Assembly: GCA_013239625.1 (NCBI GenBank)
Contig: MU057350.1
Location: 33,500,842 to 33,564,841 of the forward strand
DNA length: 64,000 nucleotides
Reading direction: 5' to 3'
Source of the DNA: Lama guanicoe
Taxonomy: Eukaryota
The position numbers and the translations under genes were made by a program. Below the pieces are notes generated by a model. The model was not told where the DNA came from, searched no databases, and worked only from the letters and a program-made list of their open reading frames with translations. Shown piece by piece: positions 1 to 11,800 of the stretch (the stretch's first letter is position 1; each line of letters starts with the position of its first letter).

Positions 1-185
1 TTCTATGTCTGGGAGCTTCTTTCTGTTTTGTAAAGAAGTTCATTTGTGTCATGTCTTTAGATTCCACATTATAAGTGATACCATATGGTGTTGGTCTTTC
101 TCTGTCTTTCACGTCACTTTCTATGATAATCTCCAGGTCCATCAATGTTGCTGCAATGGCATTACTTCATTCATTTTTACTAATG
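1..185 (-). mobile_element. L1 LINE 3' region fragment
   Basis: TTAGATTCCACATTATAAGTGATACCATATGG...TCCAGGTCCATCAATGTTGCTGCAATGGCATT is the reverse complement of the end of L1 ORF2 and the 3'UTR. Confidence 0.85.
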
Positions 186-199
186 GGCCAAGTTTGTTC

Positions 200-365
200 A
201 AAATACTTTCAACCTTAAATTCTCTCGTCAACCCATCATATGATGGAAATTCCATTATCCTCAATTTACAGATGAAGATATTAAAGCACAGGATGGTACA
301 CAGGGTGATGCAGCTGGTAAGGGTGAATAGAAGTCGAACCCAAGCAGTTTGCTCCAGAGCCAGCC
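200..365 (-). mobile_element. MIR SINE
   Basis: CATTATCCTCAATTTACAGATGAAG core and GAACCCAAGCAGTTTGCTCCAGAGC head. Confidence 0.8.
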
Positions 366-3115
366 CTCGCACCCTGCGGACCCGACCCCGCCTCCATTAG
401 TGCGTGTGTTGGAGAACGAGCATGGGTCTCACAATTCAGAGAGCAACGAGTTTACCAGGAAGCTTTGTATCGTGCCAACATCTAGACCTAGCTACACGTG
501 GAAAGAACGTCTCTCAAATTCAATTGCCTCCTTTGTAGGTGATGTCATCTGTCATCTCCCCCCAACCCCTGCCGCAGGTCTTCACTCCACAAGCTGTGAA
601 CATGTTACCTGCTTTCTTTGGACTTGTTTATTTTTGCATAAATGAATGGTTGTATAATTGAGTGCATGACTCTGTGAGTCTCTACCCTGTTGTAGATTCC
701 ATGTACTTAATCTTTTAAAGTTAATTACACTTCTAACTACTGCTTTGGTCAAAAAAGGACTTCAGAATGACTAGGGGGTGGGTATGGTACCACCCCTAGA
801 CCTAAAGGTGCTGCTCATTCCATAACACGGTTCACAACTGATTAAAAAGAGCCATTTGCCTTAGTTTTTAAGATAATCTTAGAGAAAGTAGTCTAACACA
901 TAACATCTTAGACCCAATTTGCCTAAATAATCATTTCAATATACTGACATATAACATGTTTTAAGTCACATATCCAAGAGGCTCAAGGATCTAGAATACA
1001 CCTCGGCCAGAGGTGGTTAAATACTAAAGTTAGTTTCATGTAGGCAGTGACCTTTGCCCATGAATGTGTCCCAGTCCCTTACTCAGCTGCCCTTGGTTGT
1101 TTTTTTTTTTAATTATATCTGTTATATTTGAGAGTCTGAGACAATTTTCTAATAGAAAAAAGAAATAACTCTACCCTTTCTTCATTAAAAATCCAATCCA
1201 GCAGGCAAGGTCTCAGTGAAGTCTTCAGGTGTGTTTGGCACATAGTCTCCTCTGGATATCAAAATGAAATCAGGGAATATAATGTTGTTCTTAAGGGGAA
1301 AAAATTTGTTTTCCCCTAGGGGTGTTATATGTACTTAATTTTATTTTCTCTATTAGGGAAAATTGCACTCATCTCACTTAAAGTCCACTGAGCAAGTTGA
1401 AAATTTTAGACCGGAATAACTTTCACTTCTTCCTGGCTTCCTGACCTTGAACTACTATGATTCGAATTTTTATTTGTTTACAACCTACCCAGTGCCTGGA
1501 AGCCCCAAAATAGGATTGTTTATTATCACAAATCTCTAGCTCCTAAATTAGAAACCGAAACCTGGGCTGTCAGCAGTCTTGTTCTCTAACTATTAAATAT
1601 TTGTATCATTCATGGTTCAACCAGAGACGCAGAACCAGCAGGAAAGAGCACAAGTGGGCAGGAATCCCTTGGATACAAACTGTTTAGAATATCTGGGCTG
1701 GACTTCTCTGGTTAGGACAGGGGCACTGATGACAATCTCCCTTTTTGATGGATTTAAACGTCAACTGATGAGAAACTTTAAACACACTTGAAAAATTCCT
1801 TTACCTTGGCCCCTAGATTTAATATTTCACTTCCTGGGGATTTTAATGGAGTTTACACATCAAAAAGTCATCAGAGTAACAGAACTGGCCCATATAATAT
1901 TCAAATAAGTGCAAACCCTATCATATCACATTGCTTCTTACAAAGTGGTCTCCAGTCTTTGTTCCTCCAGAGAAAACACTTAAGGACAATATGTGTTCTT
2001 CTCACTAACAGGTGATTCACCATAGAGATGATTTTCAAGGTTTGGGTAGGAGGACAAGGTGAGCCCATCCAAGCTGATATAATAGCTCTGAGTAAGTTAA
2101 GAAAACCATTTTTCATGAGGAGAGGATCATTACTCCAACTCTTCAGCAAAAGAGAAACACAGAACCTCTGGAAATTAAGTTTGATGTGGTCTTAGAGGAA
2201 AACCTGATGTTTCACCAATAGTAAGCATGCTGGTGAAGGAATATATCTAATAAGGTTCTTTGTGCCAGTGAGCTTAATTTCTATTCCTACCAAGGCAAAT
2301 GATCACATTTTATTTCACATATCACGTTTTATCTATCATCACCCTGATTATTAAGTCCCTCAGGGGCTTGCCCATCCTGTGTTCCCCACAAGCAATACGC
2401 ATTTGTTCCAAATTTAAACCATCTTAGCTATGTGCTTTCCTACAACAGATCCAAAACAACATGTGAAAATTCAAGGGAAGGTAAAGGACTCACACCAGCC
2501 CAAGAGTAAGGAAGAAGGCAGGAAACTGAAAATAATAAAAGATTAGAATTTCTGACCTTAACAATAATAGTAGTACTAAAAACTCCAATAATCTTGTGTC
2601 ATTTAAGGCAAAGCCCAGCACTCTGCTCTCCATAGTTGCACCTGTCATCTTCGTTCCATTCTGTTGCAGCAGTCATTCATCTTGAAGATTACTACTTAGA
2701 CCATCAAGGAAGGTGCATATATGTGTCGAGTCACATGTTTAAATGAACTTAGGTGCTTGAAAGTTTTTCTGTAGACCTAGTTTCAGCAGGTGAAATTCCC
2801 TTGCCTGAAGAAAAGTCACATCGTGTCTACAGTGATGCCAGATAAATAGCACTGTCCATCCATTCGTGGCCCTTCTGGTACCAGCCTTTGGGACTGGAAT
2901 ATATCTACTTGGGGCTACTCTCAAGATCAGTATCCAATATGCAGATAAGACTACATGTAAGACATGAAATATGGGAAGAAGATACAAGAAGGTATCCCAC
3001 TGTCTAAGGCTAGGATGGGCCATATCACAGGAGGTGGTGCATTATGAAACGATTTGTGGCACAGCATTGGGAGATAAAGAGCCTGAGTTCAAATCCTTTT
3101 TCTAAAAGCAGTTCT

Positions 3116-3508
3116 CAGTGACCTTTCCCAGCTGTTGCTTGTGGGTTGGAGCTGTCTGAGCCACTGATCCGGCACCAAGATGCTTCAAAGCCTTATTAAG
3201 AATGTTTGGATCCCCACGAAGCCCTACCATATCCACGTTTACCAGGAGATTTGGATAGGAATGGGGTTGATGGACTTCAATGTTTATAAAATCAGGACTG
3301 CTGATAATATGAGTGAAGTCTTGAAAGCATCCGTCCTGCACCTGCTCATGGTCACCATTAACCAGCTTTAGGTGGATGGAATGTCCGTCTGGCTGTCTTG
3401 GATGGGAACATGTGATATCGTGTAGACTTGTAGACATGCCACTGCCCTTGTGCATGAATAAACGTACCTGTGAGATCCAATCATCAATAGTCAATCAATC
3501 AATCAACC
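3116..3508 (+). pseudogene. ATP5MJ: Processed pseudogene of ATP synthase membrane subunit j / 6.8PL proteolipid; ancestral CDS 3180-3361 with a -1 frameshift near 3331
   Basis: [54 protein letters not shown] matches recalled ATP5MJ ([51 protein letters not shown]). The shifted frame gives the native PAPAHGHH* end (TAA 3359-3361). Intronless; AATAAA 3457-3462; A-rich/(ATCA)n tail; TSD AAAGCAGTTCT at 3105-3115 and 3509-3519. Confidence 0.95.
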
Positions 3509-3581
3509 AAAGCAGTTCTGTCGCCTCAGGAAAGTCATATAATTTTGATATGCTTTAGTTTCCTCACTTAAAAATTAGGCT

Positions 3582-4157
3582 TATTGTAGTCTTGATTTGC
3601 ATTTTTCTGATAATTAGCGATATTGAACATTTTTTCATGTGCCTAGTAGCCATTTGTATGTCTTCATTGGAAAATTGCTTGTTTAAGTCTTCTACCCATT
3701 TTTGGATTGGGTTGTATGTTTTTTGTTATTAAGCTGTATGAGCTGTTTATATATTCCAGAAATTAAGCCTTTGTCAGTCGTATCATTTGCAAAAATTTTG
3801 TCCCATTCCTCAGGTTGTCTTTTTGTTTTACTTATGGTTTCCTTTGCTGTGTAAAACTTGTAAGTTTAACTATTTGTTTATTTTTGCTTTTATTCCTATT
3901 GCATGGGTAGGTTGCCCTAGAAGAACATTGCTAAGATTTATGTCAGAAAATGTTTTGCCTATATTTTCTTCTAGGAGGTTTATAGCATCTTGTCTTATGG
4001 TTAAGTCTTTAAGCCATTTTGAGTTTAATTTTGTGTATAGTGTGAGGGAGTGAAAACAAATATATGTATGTATATGTTTGACTGAAACATTATGCTGTGC
4101 ACAGGAAATTGACACAACATTGGAAGCTGACTATACTTCAACGAAAAAATTCTTTTA
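3582..4157 (+). mobile_element. 5'-inverted, truncated L1: ORF2 segment on the minus strand (3582-~4050) plus terminal 3'UTR on the plus strand (~4051-4157)
   Basis: Minus-strand TLYTKLNSKWLKDL...LLEENIGKTFSDI...KAKINK is L1 ORF2. Plus-strand GAAATTGACACAACATTG is an L1 3' end. TSD AAAAAT(T/C)AGGCT at 3570-3581 and 4158-4169. Confidence 0.9.
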
Positions 4158-5499
4158 AAAAATCAGGCTAAAAGTCCCGACCTACAGAATCATGTAATAG
4201 ATGTTCATTGCTCAAAATGTGTCAGGTCCTAGTCATTGAGGCAATGTCTTATATGAACTTTATCAACATTTGCTATTATTATTTCCCCAATTAAGGTAGC
4301 AGAGGAATTTAAGAACTAGTTCAGAAGGTGCTGACCTGACTGAGATTCCTTTTGCTAGCGGCCTGTAGCGGGGGTAGGGGTGTAAACGGACATGGTTAGA
4401 AGCCATGGGTGCTTTAGGATCTGGTTCCCTGAAGCAGCATGAAGTTCCAGCCAGGAAGCAGGCTTCCTTCAGAGCACAGGCAGAAGGGCTGCAGTGGCAG
4501 GGAAGTCTACTCATCAGGGTCTGGAATCTGCTGCTTGAAATAAAGTTGCGGTTCTGTACAGAATGGGATCTCTCTCCAGCCCACTTTCCTCCGGTAAGAG
4601 AGGGCACCCCTGTACACCACTGTGTTTAATTTCGTCAGAGGGGTCTTAACAGTTGTTCTTGGGAGGCTCAGGCAGTTCACGGGTTCATTAGGTGGCCCCA
4701 TCCATAGCTTTTTGTGTCCTGATTAATTGGTCCTTTCCTGAGAGGAGGTCAAACCGAGGGGAACTGCGGAAGTGAATGGAGCCAAAAGATCCCCGCTTTG
4801 AATGGGTATTGGCCTCTGGCCACTCCCAAGAAGTCCAGGGAAGAACAAGACATCTATCACACTCAGAAGTTTGCTGCCAGGGACAGGGGGCAGGACAGCA
4901 TCTCAGGGGAACAGAAAAGGCAGGAGTAAAGCAACACGAGGAAAAGCAACCATGCGATAGCTTCTTCCCGAGCCTCCAGCTCATGTTTTGTGGCTCCCAC
5001 AGACCTTTGTGTTTGCTTCTCTGAAAATCATTTTCTGTTTCTAAACCAAACTCAGTTTTGTTTTTCAAAGCAGGAACAACAAAATAGTTGGTGCTTATGT
5101 GAGACGGCAGCAGATACCAGGCGTGACCCTTCCCTTTGTGAACAAAATGGAGCCTATAAACACAGAGGTGGTGAGGCTGGCTGAGAAAACAGCACACAAA
5201 ACGTAGATGAGAAAGAAGCATAAATGTATATGATGGCGTCAAGAAATCAAAACATGTTAGGACTGAAAAGCATCTTTTAAATGTTCAAACATCCTTGGAC
5301 TTGAACTCCTCTATATTGTGACTGTCCAGTAATTTTCCAGCCTGAAATTATAAATTATGCCCAGGGAGGCAGAGCTGATTCCCTCCTCAAACCAGCTCTA
5401 ACAGATGGAAACTTTCTTTTCCTTGAAGCTAAAATCTTAATCCCTGAGGTTTTCAATTCTCAATTCATGTTCTACCTCTGTGTTTAGTTCAGTGCAGAA

Positions 5500-5692
5500 C
5501 AAGTCTGGGATTTCCCACTGCTGAGTGTGAATGAGCAAGTTTATTTCACTGTCCTGTGTCTCAGCTTCTTCTGTAAAGAGAGGGTAACAAAGATATCTAT
5601 CGAGTAAGGTTGTTATGAAGATTAAATGAGATAATCCAGGTGAAGGATTTACCATCTGACCTGATGCATGGCTAGTGCCCACTGAAAGTTAG
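5500..5692 (+). mobile_element. MIR SINE
   Basis: TGTCTCAGCTTCTTCTGTAAAG...GGTTGTTATGAAGATTAAATGAGATAAT. Confidence 0.85.
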
Positions 5693-6261
5693 GAACTTCT
5701 CTAAGTATTTTGTGTCATAAGACAGCTTTTCAAACATTTTAAGACATTTCGTTATCCAGATTGTCATTCGGGAATGCAATCAGAGATGTAGATACATTCA
5801 AACACTTTTCTCAAGATCTCCCTTGACAAGCTTTTAAGAAGAAAACTCTACTGGCCAGAGAATGTGCTGAGCACTATGATTAGCACGACAGTGAATAAGG
5901 CACAGTCCAGGTCTTCCATGAAAATAAGTGGGCCTGCTCATTATCAGAATGTGGAGGGAATAGGGGAAAAGGAGACCTAGACAGAGGGACAAGACAGAAG
6001 TGGGTGCTGACCCTGGTGGTGGCATTTGACCAGAGTCTTGGATAGACAACTTCAACAGCTCAGTTCCCAGCAGGGCAGTGGTTTTGCACTCCCCAGTGCA
6101 TCGCACAGTGCCTGGGCTCACTCAGCAGAAGATATGGAACAGAACCTTACATCTCCTCGAAGGGCTTGCCATTCACACTGGGAATACGTTATGATATACG
6201 TCCTGGAGAGAACTGAGAAACTGGGGAGGTAGTCTGAAGTCTGCAATTAAGTAGGTGGTCC

Positions 6262-6627
6262 TGTGCAAAGGATTGGATGTTTCTGTTCCCCTAAAATTCG
6301 TATGTTGAAATCCTAACATCCAATGTGATGATATTAGGAGGTGGGGACTTTGGGGCTTGATTAGGTCATGGGAGTGGAATAGCCATGAATGGATGAACAC
6401 CTTTATGAAAGGACCCCAGAGAGATTTCTTACCCTCTTTTCGCCAGGTGAGGATACAAAGGGAAGTCAGCTGTCAGCAGTGTGGAAGCAGGCTTTTGCCA
6501 GAACCTAAACCTGCCGGCACCCTGATCTCAGACAGCAAGTCTCCTGAATTGTGAGAAATGCACTGTGTTGTTTATATGCCTCCCAGTCTTGGGTATTTTG
6601 CTGTAGCAACCGGAATGGACCAAGACG
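6262..6627 (+). mobile_element. MaLR solo LTR (MLT1A-like)
   Basis: CCCCTAAAATTCGTATGTTGAAATCCTAA...GGAGGTGGGGACTTTGGG...GGTATTTTGCTGTAGCAACC. Confidence 0.85.
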
Positions 6628-8765
6628 CTCTATGATCCTGGATAAGTGGGCAAGGGTCTCCATTCACTGTAAGTTAAATGTATGGATCGAGTGTTCCCTA
6701 GAACCCTTCAATTCCCAAAGCACAGGTCTTCCTGGATCTTGTAGGGTGGTTCAGGATCAGTGAGGTTCAGGGTAGAACCTCACACAGAAGACACTGTGAT
6801 GTTGGAGTAGAGCGTGGAGTGAAAGCAAGGAGTGGAGAAAGAACATATGGAGACGAGGAATCTTCCCTCACAAATACGTAGGAGAGATTACAATGGTTTC
6901 TTCCAGTCAGTTAAAACCTGAACATTAGCCCCTCATGGTCTTGGAACAGGCATCAGTTTTCAATCTGTCTTTCCTGAGGATCCTTTATGCCCCCAGGCCA
7001 AGGGGAGGACGTGTGCTTTTGTTGTTGTTCAAAGACTGATGCTAGAAAAGAAAGTTAACTTTAGACAATTTTGCTTTTAGTCTTACAGCATCAAATGCCT
7101 CAAAAAAGAGTGGTCCAAGGGCCTAAACCAAGGGGAGGAAAAACACAGCAAGAAAAAAGAATAAAATTCAAGTCAGTATCCCAGTGAAGCATTACATCAG
7201 GTGCAAACTGGTCGGGCTGCAGAGCTGCTGGAGGCCTAGGGAGCTACAGGGTGTGGGTCTTAATGGGTTTCTGCAAGGGTTTGGGGCCCTTGACACCTTA
7301 CACATCTGTAGTCTACCTCCCTTCTCTCTTCTGATTCAGCCTTTTCCTTTCTTTTGACTTAGTGCTTTTGGAAAAGCCTGATTTTGCCTGCACCTTACGT
7401 TTTGTATATGTGTGTGGTACCTGAGCTCTTCCTATGAGAATCACACACATAATAAATGCGAGTCATTCAGAAAGACGGCCAGCTCTGCTCAGTTCAGTGT
7501 TAGAGTCTGTACCCTAGAGTGCTGGTCCAGTCCTTTTTCCTGATTATATAGTCATTGCACCCCTTCAGCTGCATGTATTTTCAAGTTCCAGGACCCCCTT
7601 TCTTCTCCAAGTTCCCTCTTTATTTCCATTTCAACCAGGAGAAATTTTATGTTTCTACCTGGTCAGTGAAGCCTTAAAAATAACACCTGCATTTTGCTGG
7701 TTTCAAATCAGAAGTTCTTCCCTTTTCATGGACATAGGGACTTCATTGTCATGAACTCAGAGGTTTAAGGATGCGTCAGACAGAACAAGTCCAGTGAGAC
7801 TGGTGATGTGTGCATGAATGCAAATCCTTCTATCTAAGTGAAGGTGGAGTGTAGAGGAACAGAATATGGCAATCTTGGAGATTAATCATAGACATTGAGC
7901 ACTAAAAAAAGTTTTGAAGGAGTAAATAATTTTGCAATGCTCTATGTATTCTACCAAATGCAAGACTCTTTACTAAGAGCAAACAAAAAAACAAAAACAA
8001 AAAAAACCACCCAGAAAAAACAAACGTGCAATGCAAGTAGACTCCCGGTACAATTCCAGTCAAGATAATTGCTGTGTTATCTCTGCAGTAGAATATGAAA
8101 TTATATGGGAGCAGTAAATTGTTAACTATCTTTGAGAATTCAGTGGAGTCCATGAGAAGGAAAAGAAAATCCAGAGGATTCTGGATATAGTGGGAAATGA
8201 AATACAGACATATTGCATTGTATTCTGAAAAAAATCTTAACCACCTAATGGAATATTGTTATTCTGGGAATATTTTATTAAGCCGGTCATGGAGCCCCCA
8301 AATGAGAGTTGCAGAAATTTAGTAATTTTAAGAAATAATAAGAGTATTAATTTTATAATATTTTTCAAAGAGTTTGAAGCAAGTTAAGTGGGAGCAGTTA
8401 AGAGGAAATAGTGTGACCTTGAGCATATTTTTGTCCCTTCTTTGGGCTCATTTTCCTTATTAGTCAACTAAGGAGTCTGAAGTGGAGGAGACTTGAGGTC
8501 TCTTCCAGGTTCAACACCCACAAAATAAAGGAGACAGTCACAATTTTCTTTGGAAGAATGGCACCCTGCATAGGAAATAAAGCATGTGGCCTCCAACAAG
8601 CCACACCATCTCCCCCAAACTAGAGATGTGAGGGAGAAGTTTTACTTGGAAAATTTTATGAGGGAGGTATTTGCAGTCATCCTCTCTAAGTTCTTCTGAC
8701 AATAAATCATTACGTCTAATTTTTCAAAATCATTTCTAGATTTGATTAAACCTCCAGTAGCCTAA

Positions 8766-9000
8766 GGCAAGGGTTCCAAACTTGGGAGCCTTGCACTATT
8801 GGAGTTGCTGTGCATATGCTTCAGGCTTGCAGGGATTCCCTAAAGCTGTATGCAAATTTCATGTCCTTCAGTCTGTACATATGTGTATGTGCATGGAATT
8901 ATGCATACAGTCGTCCTCATTCCTGGGGAAAAGATCTGTGGATTTTATCAGATTCTTAAAAGGACCCAAGACATTCTAAATGTTTAGGGAGAACTACTGT
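8766..9000. mobile_element. hAT-Charlie-type non-autonomous DNA transposon remnant (MER102-like)
   Basis: Decayed termini GGGTTCCAAAC / GAGAACTACTG and internal TCAGATTCTTAAAAGGACCC. Confidence 0.5.
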
Positions 9001-9016
9001 TCTTATGCAAGGTACA

Positions 9017-9862
9017 TGCTATTGATGGAATTGTGTCCCACCAAATTCATAGGTTGAAACTGTAACCCCCAGTGTGATGGTATCTGGAGGTGGGGACTTT
9101 GGGAGTGTTAACCTAAAACAATAAAATAGCCAGTTATTTTTACCAGCAAAATGGGTTTATTTAGGAGCAGCTAAGAATTGCAATCTGGGACATGCAACTA
9201 TGGTGGACCACATGCAAGTCCAGTAAAGCAAATAGGAGGAAATTCTTTTATAGAGGAGAAAGGAAAGTTGGGAGGGGCTTTTAGAAACAAAAAGTCCATT
9301 GGAGGAAGTTGAGAGTTCAAAGTATAGTGGCTCTTCATTGGCTGAGTTGTGACAGTCTCTCATTAGCTGAGCTGTTGCTAGGCAAAGGAGAAAAACTTGT
9401 CTTCCTCCAGCTGGGGACAGTTAAGTCATGTTACTTTCTGCCAGAGATACAAAGTACCACGCTTCCTCTTGTGACCTGTACTGATGTTGAGAGGTACCTG
9501 CATGAGAATGCCCCCTTCCGGACTCCTAACTTCATTTTAGTGAGGGCTCCCTTTAGCAATGTTCACAAGAGGTGATTAGGTTTAGATGAGGCCATAAAAG
9601 ATGGGTGGGATGCTTGTGATGGGATTAGTGCCTTTATAAGAGGAGACCCCAGAGAGCTTGCTTCCTTTCTCTCTCTCTGTCTGCCATGGTCATAGAAGAC
9701 AGCTATCTATGAATCAGGAAGTAAGTTCTCAATAGAGAAACAAATTGGCCAGCAACTGATCTCAGACTTCCTTGCCTTTAAAACTGTGAGAAAGTAAATT
9801 TCTGTGCTTAAAGCCACTCAGTCTGTGGCATTTTGGTGTGACAGCTCAAACATACAAATACA
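9017..9862 (+). mobile_element. MaLR LTR (MLT1A-like) interrupted by an ERV1-type LTR
   Basis: TGCTATTGATGGAATTGTGTCCC start; the GGACTTTGGGAG and AGAGGTGATTAGG halves rejoin across 9106-9567. Confidence 0.85.
9106..9567 (-). mobile_element. ERV1-type solo LTR
   Basis: TG...CA termini, 4-bp TSD GGAG/AGAG, AATAAA on the minus strand near 9156-9161. Confidence 0.8.
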
Positions 9863-9944
9863 ACACAAAGCATTGAATTCATGGGACCTACATTCTAGGC
9901 CAATGTATCTCACTAAATATGTCTGTAATCTTGAATATAAAAAC

Positions 9945-10078
9945 AGTAGCACACAGAGAAAAAAATGTGATAATGAATGTATATATGTTTATGTATAACT
10001 GAAAAATTGTGCTCTACACTGGAATTTGACACAACATTGTAAAATGATTATAAGTCAATAAAAAATGTTAAAAAAAAA
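9945..10078 (+). mobile_element. Young 5'-truncated L1 3' end (camelid type)
   Basis: CTGAAAAATTGTGCTCTACACTGGAATTTGACACAACATTGTAAAA, AATAAA and polyA; flanked by AAAAACAG on both sides. Confidence 0.9.
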
Positions 10079-11099
10079 ACAGAACAAAACATGATTTCCA
10101 GTGAGAGATGGAAACAGTTTGACTTTGGATGTCCAAATTATACTTATATTTTCTATATCATTTTGAAATTGAATGGTATAAATTAATTGGTTTTGATTTT
10201 CTCTTTTATTTTATAGATGAAGAAATGGGAGTTTCCCCTAGGTAGCTAATGAAGGACTAGCTGCAGAGTGGTGAATGCCCACACCACTAGGCAGTGTGCT
10301 ACTTAAAATCAGTGAGCTGAAAGGTTTTGGTCTACAGTATCCAACACTGATACAACATGGAAACATGTCCTATAATTTCTGGTGGGTGGAATAAAACATG
10401 AAACAATCAAATAATGCCTATTTTAGATGTGAACAAATGACTACTTGTAATTGACTGGATTTCCTACTTAGGAACATCAACTGAAAAAAATATTATCATT
10501 GTTGTATTACAAATGAAAACTTTGACCCTGAGGAGAAGCTCAGGAAATGACCCAAATCTCAATACTAGTAAGAAGTAAAGGCTGTGTTTAAAACCTAGAC
10601 TTTCATGCTGCAAAAACCCGAACTGTTCAGCTTGGCAAAGGGCCTTTCATTTGGCATCCGCTTAAGAGACTATTTAAAAATATATAAGTTAATTATAGAT
10701 TATGCTGGTTTTATAATATGAGTTGAGCTCATCTTTTGTTTACCTTCTAAAATAATTATTGGTTCCTCCTTGTAAGTCTTAAATAACTCACAGAGTATAA
10801 AATATAAATAATTCTTAATAACCATTTTAAATCATTTCCTGTGTTACTGTCATACTCATGTTTCCACTTTCTCCAGTCACTGTCAATTATACGTGTCTAT
10901 TACAAAAAAAGTCATTCATCAATATTTATCAAGTGCCCCCTGTGTGCTGGAATAACGTGTGTTTTCATTTTTGTTCTGTTTTTTGTTTGGTGGTGGAGGT
11001 ACAAGGACAGAGACTGACTGCAGAATGTTTTATCTTCAGAGACTTACCATAGGAGAAGAAGGGCAAATAGACTGGTAATTGTAATGCAATGTATTATGT

Positions 11100-11420
11100 T
11101 CACCACTATATGGTTGGATAATTTAGTATGTATTATTTTCTTATGATGGTAAATCATACGTTGTTGTATCTTCTCATCTCTAATTTGTTGTTGTAGCTTC
11201 TTAAATCTTATTTTCCTGATTAAATTTCCCAAATATTTATCTTTTTATTAAAAGATTCAGTTCCTGAAGTTCTTTTGCAATTCTATGAATCTTCAAGTGT
11301 TTAATTAATCTGTTTACTTTTTCTCTTCTTTCTATTACTTTACTTAGGATTTTAGTTGTTGGTGTCTAGCTTTTCAGTATGCTTTCCTTCCATTACTTTC
11401 AGCCAATGTATTTTATGTTT
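11100..11420 (-). mobile_element. Old L1 ORF2 fragment
   Basis: T-rich decayed L1 pattern (TTTCCTGATTAAATTTCCC...CTTTTTATTAAAAG). Confidence 0.5.
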
Positions 11421-11649
11421 ATAAATCACTGGCTAGTGTTGATTGAAGACAGACCGTAAAAGAAAGAATAATTCATCTTTAGGCCCCCAGGCAAACAATA
11501 CTGGAAAAGACATAAAGCAGGCAGTGGGGCCTTCTGTCTGTCAATAGTCATTTGCTTCTCCTCCCAAATCCTTTTAGAGAGTGCCCTCATGACAAGCATT
11601 TGGATCTTCTGCTCGAGTTCCAGACGTATCCATGTTGGCATCAGTCGGG

Positions 11650-11800
11650 TGGGTTGGGTTCTAATTCTGACTCTGCCTTGTTAGACAGGAACATCTTTAC
11701 CTAATTGCCTAATCTTCTTCAGCTTTGATTTCTGCTTTGGTGAAAACTGAGGCTGATAACACGAGCTTCAGAAAAATGACATGAGGTACACGGACGGAGT
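11650..11800 (+). mobile_element. MIR SINE
   Basis: TGGGTTCTAATTCTGACTCTGCC head and decayed core. Confidence 0.65.

Larger units (their letters stand above)
3060..4200 (+). mobile_element. MIR SINE split into three pieces (~3060-3115, ~3509-3581, ~4158-4200) by two later insertions
   Basis: CCTGAGTTCAAATCC head, TTAGTTTCCTCACTTAAAAAT core and the tail are collinear once the two TSD-bounded inserts are removed. Confidence 0.75.

Noticed and set aside
771-799. Imperfect hairpin CTAGGGGGTGGGTA/TACCACCCCTAG
   Set aside because: Short, bulged and isolated; expected by chance
3180-3371. Functional ATP5MJ gene
   Set aside because: Intronless, TSD-flanked, frameshifted C-terminus, polar substitutions in the membrane helix
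11040-11075. Minus-strand donor ATG|GTAAGT with a hydrophobic peptide upstream
   Set aside because: No convincing pyrimidine tract, and it abuts a decayed L1
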